DNA of 43,632 bases from a virus (taxonomy: Duplodnaviria > Caudoviricetes), in the IMG/VR virus record IMGVR_UViG_3300029822_001168, positions 1 to 43,632 of that record; one strand, 5' to 3'. The position numbers and the translations under genes were made by a program. Below the pieces are notes generated by a model. That model had not been told where the DNA came from. It worked only from the letters and a program-made list of their open reading frames with translations, and did not search any database. Position 1 is the stretch's first letter. The number at the start of each line of letters is the position of its first letter. Shown in pieces: positions 9,196 through 17,593 of this stretch.

Positions 9196-10020
9196 TTAAT
9201 TAGACTTATACATCATAATATCCGTATATCGAGCGTCTTTATTCACTCCGTTGATAACCTCTCTCTTAGTGGCTCCAAAGAATGGGCTTGGAGCGTTTAG
9301 GTTGTGCTCCAGCCAGTCACATAGCTCAACTATGGATGACTTGTTAGAAGTGAAATAGAAGTAAGAAGTGTCTTTAAGCAATAGCAGAACGTCCAGGTAA
9401 TCCTTCAACTTCCAATAGCTCTTATAGCTTGAGCAATCAGTAGACAGATATGGTGGGTCTATCAAGAACACGACGCCAGGAAAGTGTTTATACATGGAGA
9501 ATAAGACCTTATAATCATAATGCACGACTTCCACTCCATCAAGATAACCATCCAAACAATAATCATTAAGTTTAATTCTATTGTAGAAAGTGTCTTTTGT
9601 CATCTCCTTGAAGGTTGTTGCATATTTACCGCTAAAAAGCAACGAAGCAGACAAGGTAATATAATCAACGAAGCCCTCGTCATCAGCCTGCTTTATTCGT
9701 TCTATAATTTTACTTCTTATAGGCTCTTTTATCAATACTTTCCGTTCATAATCGCCTAATATCTCACGAATATCAGCAAGTAAAACATTAGTCTTATCAA
9801 CATTTCTTATCCTCTCGGAAAAGTTGTCATAATCGTTGTAGATAACTCGAGCATCTGGACGCTGTTGTTTTATGCAATGGCTTAGCAATCCACTACCACC
9901 AAATAAATCAACAAATATTGTTGAGTTGTCAAATTCCTGCAATCCCTCTTTGAATAGCTTTAAAAAGGTTCTCTTTTGCCCTTGAAATGGTAAAGGACTT
10001 TGAACATAGTTTTTAATCAT
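9196..10020 (-). CDS. DNA adenine methyltransferase (Dam/D12 class)
   Basis: SPLPFQGQK, DLFGGSG and IDPPY motifs; terminal position analogous to Mu mom. Confidence 0.9.
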   Translation of the reverse strand: MIKNYVQSPLPFQGQKRTFLKLFKEGLQEFDNSTIFVDLFGGSGLLSHCIKQQRPDARVIYNDYDNFSERIRNVDKTNVLLADIREILGDYERKVLIKEPIRSKIIERIKQADDEGFVDYITLSASLLFSGKYATTFKEMTKDTFYNRIKLNDYCLDGYLDGVEVVHYDYKVLFSMYKHFPGVVFLIDPPYLSTDCSSYKSYWKLKDYLDVLLLLKDTSYFYFTSNKSSIVELCDWLEHNLNAPSPFFGATKREVINGVNKDARYTDIMMYKSN

Positions 10021-10055
10021 TTTTCTTTTTGTTTTAGTTATATATTTTGTTTTTG

Positions 10056-10195
10056 TATCTTTGCAATCTCCTACAGATATTTTAATAAAAAAGGTGAATA
10101 CGCACCAACAAAGGCATTGTGCCCTTGTGCTTGGTGCGTATTCACCTTAATCTTTAATTGATGTAGGAGTCAATTAAAGAAGTCAGGGGCTTTTT
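10056..10195 (+). ncRNA. Candidate structured antisense RNA / leader upstream of the methylase
   Basis: TATCTTTG at 10056-10063; 18-bp perfect IR 10091-10108/10131-10148; 11-bp IR 10151-10161/10170-10180; T-run at the end. Confidence 0.55.
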
Positions 10196-10727
10196 ATTTA
10201 CCCCTAAAATATCTCCAATAAATAATCAATCCCAAAGGAACTAACAGCCATAATAGCTGCCAAGGATTGAATTTTGAGCTTATTGTTTTTTTTTTGCTGC
10301 TTTTACTATCAATATCATTAATTATATTAGTCCTGGTACTTGAAGAGCTATCTTGTTTTAATTGCAATTTAGCAGTATTTAAAGACTGATTAATTCCCTT
10401 TATATTCCTTGTTTTCTTTATCTCTGTTTGCTTAATTATAGTTGTCGCATTCCCAATACTATCATTTGTTTTTATGATATCTGTATAAATAATAACCACC
10501 TCTTCAGAGTTAGAAGTGTCAATAGCAAATCCGTTAAGGATATCATAGCTACCCGAATTATTCCCTTTGTAGTTTTCCTCGTAATTGATAATTGATTTAT
10601 CCTTTATATTTTCTTTTAGTTTCTCTGTCTTCTTAACTGAACAACCACTAATAATCAACCCCATTAGAAGCAAGCAACTGCTCATAATGCGTAATTTTGT
10701 CCTGTAACTCCTTAATCTGCTTTTCAT
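10194..10727 (-). CDS. Putative unimolecular spanin (lipoprotein with C-terminal TM helix)
   Basis: Lipobox IISG-C, C-terminal WQLLWLLVPLGLIIYW; in the lysis cassette; true start may be a downstream Met. Confidence 0.65.
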   Translation of the reverse strand: MKSRLRSYRTKLRIMSSCLLLMGLIISGCSVKKTEKLKENIKDKSIINYEENYKGNNSGSYDILNGFAIDTSNSEEVVIIYTDIIKTNDSIGNATTIIKQTEIKKTRNIKGINQSLNTAKLQLKQDSSSSTRTNIINDIDSKSSKKKTISSKFNPWQLLWLLVPLGLIIYWRYFRGK

Positions 10728-11004
10728 ATCTAACCATTTTTTTTGTTTCTGCTTTTAGCTTATCTATTTCAGCCTTGAGTTCCCAAATCTCCTTAATTAA
10801 TTTAGAATTAGTTTCTCTTAGCTGAGAACATTCCTGGAGTAAGTTATCAACTCTTTTCTCCAGCGAATCTACTATCTTCTGCCAGGTAGTAATCGCAGCA
10901 TCAATATTAGCAATATCTTGCTGTTTTCTTGAGAATATCCATGTGGTAAAGCTTGAGGCAAGCCCAGTTCCAAATGCGATTAGAATAGTGATTAACCAGT
11001 CCAT
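10648..11004 (-). CDS. Holin-like membrane-anchored coiled-coil protein
   Basis: N-terminal TM helix then long coiled coil; directly after endolysin. Confidence 0.6.
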   Translation of the reverse strand: MDWLITILIAFGTGLASSFTTWIFSRKQQDIANIDAAITTWQKIVDSLEKRVDNLLQECSQLRETNSKLIKEIWELKAEIDKLKAETKKMVRYEKQIKELQDKITHYEQLLASNGVDY

Positions 11005-11008
11005 ATAT

Positions 11009-11422
11009 CTATAATTTGTTTTCTTTAATCCACAACTTTACATCAAACGAAGGGCAAGCCTTATTAGCAAATTCATTATGTCCATGAATAGTAGCATTAG
11101 AGAACTGCTTCTTCAATTCCTTAACCAAATTAAGTAACGCAACCTTTTGGGCAGGAGTTCTTGTATCTTTAGCTTTCATACTCTTATCACATCCTCCAAT
11201 GTAGCAAACACCAATACTATTGGCATTCTGTCCAACTGTATGAGCACCTACAACATTTATATCTCTACCTTTCCACACTTCTCCATTTAATCCAATTACA
11301 TAATGGTAACCAATACCATTATACCCTTTTTCTCTATGCCACTTGTCAATATCTCTAACAGTAACAGCTCTTCCTTCAGGAGTAGCAGAGCAATGACAAA
11401 TTATTTTATCTATTTCTCTCAT
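11009..11422 (-). CDS. Endolysin, N-acetylmuramoyl-L-alanine amidase (T7 lysozyme-like)
   Basis: ICHCSAT, IGYHY, GAHT, HGHNE..KACPSF Zn-amidase motifs; start MREIDK. Confidence 0.93.
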   Translation of the reverse strand: MREIDKIICHCSATPEGRAVTVRDIDKWHREKGYNGIGYHYVIGLNGEVWKGRDINVVGAHTVGQNANSIGVCYIGGCDKSMKAKDTRTPAQKVALLNLVKELKKQFSNATIHGHNEFANKACPSFDVKLWIKENKL

Positions 11423-11423
11423 A

Positions 11424-11738
11424 TTATCTAAATTCAAAATGCTCATTTTCTTTTACAATCATTGTTGTAAATGGCAACATAGACTTGTTAATTTTTTGTA
11501 TTTGGCTTATCAAGATTTTGCTTCCAGAGAACAATATTCTATTTTCTCCTTCTACCTCTATCTGAAGACACAAACACTTATCATTATTTGATTTCTCAAA
11601 TTTACTTTCGTCAATCTTATAGTCCTTAACTATAACAAGCTTATTAAGTATCTTGCTTATCTTTATCTTCTCTCCACAAAATGGCGACTCAACGTTTATT
11701 CCAAAATCCTTAAATGAGTTCATATTATAAAATTCCAA
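11424..11738 (-). CDS. Hypothetical beta-rich protein downstream of DGR RT
   Basis: 104-aa ORF overlapping its upstream neighbour. Confidence 0.75.
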   Translation of the reverse strand: MEFYNMNSFKDFGINVESPFCGEKIKISKILNKLVIVKDYKIDESKFEKSNNDKCLCLQIEVEGENRILFSGSKILISQIQKINKSMLPFTTMIVKENEHFEFR

Positions 11739-12084
11739 ATTTTAAACAATCCTTTTCTATTTGCTCCTTCATTGCCTTTCTAATAGCAAGAAAATCAATA
11801 TATCTTAACACAAACAGCTCTTCTTGGTCTGCCTCACAAACTCCAAGCTGAACAGAGTTATAATCGTTTATAAGTTTCTCTTCTTGTTGGTTAGGATATA
11901 GAGCATTTAGGACTTCTTTTGTGATTTTTTCTCTCGTTACTGTAGCATATACAGTTACTTCATAACACTCCCAAGACGTTCTTTCTCCTATTACTTTTTC
12001 AATAATCCCCCATCTATAGTACGATAGGCTGTTATCTATTCTTTCATAAGCCATTGGCTTATGATCATATTCGACTTTTTCCAT
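11725..12084 (-). CDS. Hypothetical protein, possibly tail-fibre chaperone
   Basis: 119 aa; overlaps RT 3' end by 20 nt; C-terminal helices. Confidence 0.7.
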   Translation of the reverse strand: MEKVEYDHKPMAYERIDNSLSYYRWGIIEKVIGERTSWECYEVTVYATVTREKITKEVLNALYPNQQEEKLINDYNSVQLGVCEADQEELFVLRYIDFLAIRKAMKEQIEKDCLKFGIL

Positions 12085-13060
12085 AATTTATATTTAATTT
12101 GTTTGTTAAGTTTCTTGAATTACAGTGCCCAGCCCATCCTGTCCATGAACTTATCTTATGAACAAGCTCAATTTCAGAAATACCAGTTTTTCTTAATTTT
12201 GCTACTTTCTTACACATTCTTTGCTTGATAGACTTTCTCATAAGAATGTAATCATGTCTAAATACATAACCAACGAAGTCTAATCCTCTTGCCTCAACTG
12301 GGAATATTTGGTAATTCCCTTTAAGGCATAAATTCAGGTTTTCTGATATATAATTATTAATCTGAACTAATAGACCATGAAGATATTCTTTGCCTGGAGA
12401 AAAAATCACCATGTCGTCTGCATATCTGAAGTAATATTTTACTTTTAATTCTTCCTTAAGCCAATGGTCAAAGTATGTAAGATATAGGTTAGCAAAGTAT
12501 TGACTAAGATAGTTGCCGATTGGAACCCCGATTGTACTATCAATGATTTCGTCCAATAGATCTAACAAATCCTTATCTTTTATCTTCTTTCTTTTTATCT
12601 TCTTTAAAATACAATGATCAATTGAAGGATAATACTTCTTAATATCAAGTTTAAGACAATACTTCGTATTATCTCTATCTTTCAATGCTTTCTTTATATT
12701 TCTTAACACTCCATGTATACCTCTTTTCTTTATGCAAGAATAGCTATCTATAGTAAATGTATTAACCCATATATCCTCCAAAACATTCATTACAGCATGA
12801 TGAACTATCCTATCTGGGTAATAAGGTAATTGATAGATATCTCTTTCTTTTGGCTCATAAATCTTAAACACTCTATATTCAGACGTTTTAAAGTTTTTAT
12901 CTTTAAGTGCGTGATGTAATTTCAAGATATTGCTTTCTTTGTCTTTGTCATGAAGCTTTATTCCATAGGTATTACCTTTCCCCTTCCTTGCTTTTCTATC
13001 AGCAAGTTCAAGGTTCTCAATTGAGATTATTTTTTCATAAAGGTTTCCTACTCTTTTCAT
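12065..13060 (-). CDS. DGR reverse transcriptase
   Basis: LDIKKYY, GVPIGNYLSQ and RYADD motifs; 331 aa with no maturase/endonuclease; adjacent TR. Confidence 0.96.
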   Translation of the reverse strand: MKRVGNLYEKIISIENLELADRKARKGKGNTYGIKLHDKDKESNILKLHHALKDKNFKTSEYRVFKIYEPKERDIYQLPYYPDRIVHHAVMNVLEDIWVNTFTIDSYSCIKKRGIHGVLRNIKKALKDRDNTKYCLKLDIKKYYPSIDHCILKKIKRKKIKDKDLLDLLDEIIDSTIGVPIGNYLSQYFANLYLTYFDHWLKEELKVKYYFRYADDMVIFSPGKEYLHGLLVQINNYISENLNLCLKGNYQIFPVEARGLDFVGYVFRHDYILMRKSIKQRMCKKVAKLRKTGISEIELVHKISSWTGWAGHCNSRNLTNKLNINYGKSRI

Positions 13061-13084
13061 TTTATTTCATTTTATTTCATTTTA
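13055..13084 (-). repeat. 10-bp tandem repeat (TAAAATGAAA x3) at RT start
   Basis: Plus strand TTTCATTTTA three times; the last unit on the coding strand supplies the RT ATG. Confidence 0.85.
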
Positions 13085-13197
13085 ATCTGCTTAAATAGTC
13101 GAGAGCTTTCGTTTTCACTACCAGCACTCTTTTTTAAAGTCATTTTTTGCCGAGAGGCAAGGATTCTGTTCTCTATCACTAAGATATATTTTTATTT

Positions 13198-13318
13198 ATT
13201 AAGCTAAGCTGAGCCCTGATATTCGCATTCGTATTCGAAACCGAATTATTCACATTCGAGTAACGGAAACCCGCATTCGCACTATTATTCGAATTACCGC
13301 CTACAAGAAAAGCCCGAA
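13198..13318 (-). ncRNA. DGR template repeat (TR)
   Basis: 121-bp ungapped match to 13381-13501; ten AAT codons in the VR frame. Confidence 0.96.
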
Positions 13319-13358
13319 AGAACAGACACCCTATTTTTTTCATTTTAAAATCCCCGTG

Positions 13359-15896
13359 CTACGCTATTTCGTTTTTCAGAATTAAGCAGAGCCGAGCCCC
13401 GATAGACGCATGCGTACCCGAAACCGAATGATGCACATTCGAGCAACGGAAACCCGCATTCGCACTATTAGCCGAAGTACCGCCTACAAGAAAAGCCCGA
13501 AGACCGCTACTATCAACAGAAGTATAGTGATAGTCTGCCCAATGAGTATTTGTTCCTGCACCTATCTCTTTAGGTGCGAGATTAGCATTTTCTCCCATCT
13601 GAACATCTTTAACATAACCCGAAGTCAAAGGTAAATCCCCCGCATAAACATAATTTGACGTTATAGTATCAGCGTAGTTCTTTGGGTCATTACAAACGTA
13701 TATTTTGCTACTTGCAACTCCTCCATTATCATCTGCAGACTTTACATCGACAATTACTTGGTCAAGATTCTTGTAAATATGTCCATAAGGTATTTCAACT
13801 GCTCTATATTTATTAACATATACAACTGTTCTTGTTACAGGAGTAAAATAATTAGTATTCTCAATAGCTGTTCCCGCAATGGCATCAGCTATGCATTTAT
13901 ATAAGAGTTGTCCTTGTGATATAAAATTGCCATTAACATAAGCAGTTAATGGGTCATATTCCCCCTTATAATTCAAAAGCCCGCTTGCATCATAACCGAA
14001 TGGCATTGTGTATGCTATCTCTCCACTATTATTCCCTAATGAGTTCGTATAACCGCAAGGCACGAAAGGATTTCTTCCATTCCAGTCTGACCATTTAGTG
14101 GAATTTAAGGTTGTAACCCCCTCCCCAAGACCACCTTGTCTAAATCCATTTGCATCTAACTCCCCATTGAAAGGAAGTTGGAGATTTCTATTAGCATATT
14201 CAACATAAGCAAGCAAAGAAATAACTTCATCTCTTTGTTTGTCTAATATATTCCAGCGAGTATCACCAGTATTAATTTTCCTTGCAGCTATTCTGTAATC
14301 AGCTCTACTTGTGGATGTTCTTGGTCTACCAAGAAATGTATTATCAAGAGTATCTTTAGTTGCGTCATTATTACCGCCTCTATAATCAGGGCTAACATTC
14401 ATCACGCTTGATAGCTCGCCAGTAACATTGTTCATAGAAGCTTCGTAAGCTCCAACGAATGATGCTGGTTGATAAATGAAACCAGGAAGAGGCAATTCGC
14501 TCATCTTATATCTTCTAATATTACCTTCTTCTTCAACTTTATGATAAAATCCAACTAATCTTGCCATTACCTGACCAGCAGAGCCGTCAAGTATTTCTCC
14601 AACCCAAGAGTTTTTCGGTAAAAATCTATTAAATGTAGTGTCTTTATTGACTAAACATCCGACGAATTTAGATTGAATAGGTAAAGTTCTGTGTAAATCC
14701 ATATTACCAATTCTTGTGCATGCAGAAGTGTTAGTAGTAATATCCCATTCTATCCCATACCAATAATTATTAGCAAGAGCTTCTGTAATAAATTTTTGGC
14801 TCATAACTTTTGTTTCATCATTTCCAAGATTTTGAACTATTGATGTTTTATCAATTTTAGCTTCAAATTGAGCTGTTAATCCTGCTATTGTTGCTTGTCT
14901 TGCTTGCTCTTGAGTTTGTCTCGTTCCTTCTTGACTTTGTCTTGTTCCCTCTTGAGATTGACGTGTAGCTTCTGCAGATACACGCCCAGCTTCAGCAGAT
15001 AGTCTTTCTGTTTCTTTGGTTTGTCTTGTTCCCTCTTGACTTTGTCTTGTTCCCTCTTGAGATTGACGTGTAGCTTCTTGATTTTGTCTAATGCCTTCTG
15101 CATTGTGTCTTAAATCTTCCGCATCTTCTCTTAAACCCTCTGCAGTATTAAAAGCATTAGCTCTTGCTGTTTCAGCATTATTAAAAGCAGTTGTGCGATC
15201 AGCTTGATCCGAATTAAAAGCAGAGTTTCTTGAAGATTCATTGGAGTTTCTTAATAATTCAGCAGAATTTCTAAGATTTTCAGCACTGTATCGCCCTTGT
15301 TCTGCTGTGTCTCTAAGATTTTCGGCACTCTCTCTTTCTTGTTCTTGGGTTTGTCTCTTTGACTCTTGACTTTGTCTTGCAGCCTCTGCAGCTGCAAATT
15401 CAGCAATTGCCTCATTAGCCGTTTCAGCAGCATCTTCTGAAGCCTGTTTAAGTGTCTGAAGCCACTCAGATTTTGAACCAACAAATCCCTCTTTAACTGC
15501 AATAGAATAAGCATCCAACCCAGTAATAGTATCACTAATCTCACCAGTTATAATAACATCTTGAATATTAGGACAAACTAACGGGTTATCAAATCTTACT
15601 TTGATAATCTTGTCATAAGCCAAGTCTCCCATTTCGTTATCGGGATAATGCATAATGACATCGCAGTTCAATCTACCTGTTGTAAACTGAGGGGCATTAA
15701 GATTAACCTCCAAATAATCATCAATCATAATACAATTAACCCAGTTACTGCCATCATAAGAAGCAGTTTTAGCTTGCGAAGGATACAACGTCCACACCCT
15801 AATGTCAAATGGAACTAAAGCGGGGGAAACTCTCTGCCCCTCAATAACAAAAGCCAATCTTAGCTTTAAATCATTACCTATTCTATATTCTATCAT
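13359..15896 (-). CDS. Tail fibre / receptor-binding protein, DGR target
   Basis: After baseplate genes; coiled-coil RQSQEGT repeats; C-terminal GG..........AG....IGARL CLec-type ending containing the VR. Confidence 0.88.
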   Translation of the reverse strand: MIEYRIGNDLKLRLAFVIEGQRVSPALVPFDIRVWTLYPSQAKTASYDGSNWVNCIMIDDYLEVNLNAPQFTTGRLNCDVIMHYPDNEMGDLAYDKIIKVRFDNPLVCPNIQDVIITGEISDTITGLDAYSIAVKEGFVGSKSEWLQTLKQASEDAAETANEAIAEFAAAEAARQSQESKRQTQEQERESAENLRDTAEQGRYSAENLRNSAELLRNSNESSRNSAFNSDQADRTTAFNNAETARANAFNTAEGLREDAEDLRHNAEGIRQNQEATRQSQEGTRQSQEGTRQTKETERLSAEAGRVSAEATRQSQEGTRQSQEGTRQTQEQARQATIAGLTAQFEAKIDKTSIVQNLGNDETKVMSQKFITEALANNYWYGIEWDITTNTSACTRIGNMDLHRTLPIQSKFVGCLVNKDTTFNRFLPKNSWVGEILDGSAGQVMARLVGFYHKVEEEGNIRRYKMSELPLPGFIYQPASFVGAYEASMNNVTGELSSVMNVSPDYRGGNNDATKDTLDNTFLGRPRTSTSRADYRIAARKINTGDTRWNILDKQRDEVISLLAYVEYANRNLQLPFNGELDANGFRQGGLGEGVTTLNSTKWSDWNGRNPFVPCGYTNSLGNNSGEIAYTMPFGYDASGLLNYKGEYDPLTAYVNGNFISQGQLLYKCIADAIAGTAIENTNYFTPVTRTVVYVNKYRAVEIPYGHIYKNLDQVIVDVKSADDNGGVASSKIYVCNDPKNYADTITSNYVYAGDLPLTSGYVKDVQMGENANLAPKEIGAGTNTHWADYHYTSVDSSGLRAFLVGGTSANSANAGFRCSNVHHSVSGTHASIGARLCLILKNEIA
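13381..13501 (-). repeat. DGR variable repeat (VR)
   Basis: 15 mismatches to TR, 14 at TR adenines on the coding strand; encodes the C-terminus of the 845-aa target. Confidence 0.96.
14929..15078. repeat. 45-bp perfect direct repeat within fibre stalk
   Basis: 14929-14973 equals 15034-15078 (105-bp offset), within 21-bp period repeats. Confidence 0.85.
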
Positions 15897-15901
15897 ATTT
15901 A

Positions 15902-16261
15902 TTATTTTTTAATGCATTCGAAAATAATCACATCACTACTTTTAGGCACATAATGAACGAATTCAAAACCCTCTTCATCTAACTCAACATAATCAATTTC
16001 AGCAAACATTCTTGCTCCATTCACATATACATTCGAAGAACCCAACACATAAGGACCTATTGTGCCAAATCTTTTATTCACATCATCTTGTTCACCTATC
16101 AATTCCATGATCTCATACTCAGTTATCTTCTCTAAATATACAATTCGTTGCGTTAGACTGTTAATTGTTGCAGTAAACCCATTTACAGCATCAATAACCG
16201 CATTAATTATTCCTCTTACTACAGAGCCACTATCTCCATTATTTATTTTATTAATCGCCAT
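15902..16261 (-). CDS. Hypothetical tail-associated protein
   Basis: 119-aa ORF in tail operon. Confidence 0.7.
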   Translation of the reverse strand: MAINKINNGDSGSVVRGIINAVIDAVNGFTATINSLTQRIVYLEKITEYEIMELIGEQDDVNKRFGTIGPYVLGSSNVYVNGARMFAEIDYVELDEEGFEFVHYVPKSSDVIIFECIKK

Positions 16262-16283
16262 ATAAATACTATTTAATCATTAT

Positions 16284-16577
16284 TTAATCATTCCAAATCT
16301 CACCATCCATCCACACACCCTCATCATTCCAATTACCAGTTGCCAAAATCCAAATTTGACCAACAATCCCTGTAGCAAAAACAACCTTTTCTTGCTTAAA
16401 AACCTTAGCAACATTATTCATATCATCAGGAACAGACAAAGCTGTATTCTTTTCAAAAGTTGCCGTCAGAGGAATAGCATTTGTCCTGGCAATTTTCCAA
16501 GCCATTGTAGCATCACCACAAAATAGCAATGCAATATCAAAAATACTTTGTCCAGATAATGCAACAATCTTTCTCAT
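16284..16577 (-). CDS. LysM-like (gpX-type) baseplate protein
   Basis: GQSIFDIALLFCG...IARTN pattern. Confidence 0.7.
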   Translation of the reverse strand: MRKIVALSGQSIFDIALLFCGDATMAWKIARTNAIPLTATFEKNTALSVPDDMNNVAKVFKQEKVVFATGIVGQIWILATGNWNDEGVWMDGEIWND

Positions 16578-16578
16578 A

Positions 16579-17109
16579 CTAATTACCTATTGCAACAGGT
16601 TCTGTTTGCACTTTTTGATATTCATATATCCTTTTAAGGATTGGATATGCAGAACTATTATTTAATTCAGAAAACCTCCAAGCCAAATCAACCAAATTTT
16701 GATTGAAAGACACATAGCCTTTCCACTCTAAGTGTGCGTTTTTTGTCTTGCTCAAATCCTTATCATACACAGGAGAAGGAGGAGCAATTGTAGCTTCAGG
16801 ATTGAGTGCGAGCACTAAATTATTAGCTTCTTCAGCAGCATTAATTGAAAGCTCTACAGCATCAACAGAATATAAGTTCCCATTATACAAAACAACTCCA
16901 GCACTAACCTCACAAGTTCTTGGTAGTCCAGGCTTATAAGTTGTATCAACTTTTAATCCACTAAGTATAACAGCATCACTCTCCAAATAACCACTCATTA
17001 ACAATATGGCTCCACCCAAAGCTTTGATTATTGCAAAATCCGCCTCGCTAAGAAAACTCAAATCTTTAGGCTGTACTTGTCTTGTACCAACATCAACAAT
17101 TTGTTTCAT
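16579..17109 (-). CDS. Hypothetical baseplate/tail protein
   Basis: 176-aa ORF in tail operon. Confidence 0.7.
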   Translation of the reverse strand: MKQIVDVGTRQVQPKDLSFLSEADFAIIKALGGAILLMSGYLESDAVILSGLKVDTTYKPGLPRTCEVSAGVVLYNGNLYSVDAVELSINAAEEANNLVLALNPEATIAPPSPVYDKDLSKTKNAHLEWKGYVSFNQNLVDLAWRFSELNNSSAYPILKRIYEYQKVQTEPVAIGN

Positions 17110-17129
17110 ATCTTTTTAAAATTAATTCT

Positions 17130-17591
17130 TTATAAATCCACAACAGAAAATCCAACACCTGCAAAGGCATATCTTTTAATAAATACCCTTATCACATCCT
17201 TATCCACATACATTGGAACTCTCACAATAAAATCCTGTCCAACACTTGTGTCTTCGTCATTTATCCCAATAAAAACATCCTCATTCTCTCCAGCAATTAC
17301 CCTGTAATCAACATCCTCATCACCATTACTACACAAACTAACATTACCATCAGTTCCATCCTCTATTTCAATTGTTCTACTTACTGGATCAAACTTATCA
17401 TTCAAAAGTTGAACCATTGCTTGAACCTGTGAGGTATATTTTAAATCTATTATCAGATTTTGCACCCAAGCAAAATCACTATCAAATTTACTCCTGGTAA
17501 CTTTTGTCAAAGCCAGTAAGAATGCAATCAATAGCTTTGCAGCCCTCAATCTTATAGGCAATAATAATTTAATTAGAGAGTCCCAATTCAT
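17130..17591 (-). CDS. Putative baseplate wedge subunit
   Basis: LLLPIRLR...LLNDKFD...FIVRVP; follows J-like gene. Confidence 0.6.
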   Translation of the reverse strand: MNWDSLIKLLLPIRLRAAKLLIAFLLALTKVTRSKFDSDFAWVQNLIIDLKYTSQVQAMVQLLNDKFDPVSRTIEIEDGTDGNVSLCSNGDEDVDYRVIAGENEDVFIGINDEDTSVGQDFIVRVPMYVDKDVIRVFIKRYAFAGVGFSVVDL

Positions 17592-17593
17592 AC

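Noticed and set aside
12065-13060. Group II intron or retron RT
   Set aside because: No maturase/endonuclease domain or retron VTG motif; SQ motif and A-specific TR/VR pair identify a DGR.
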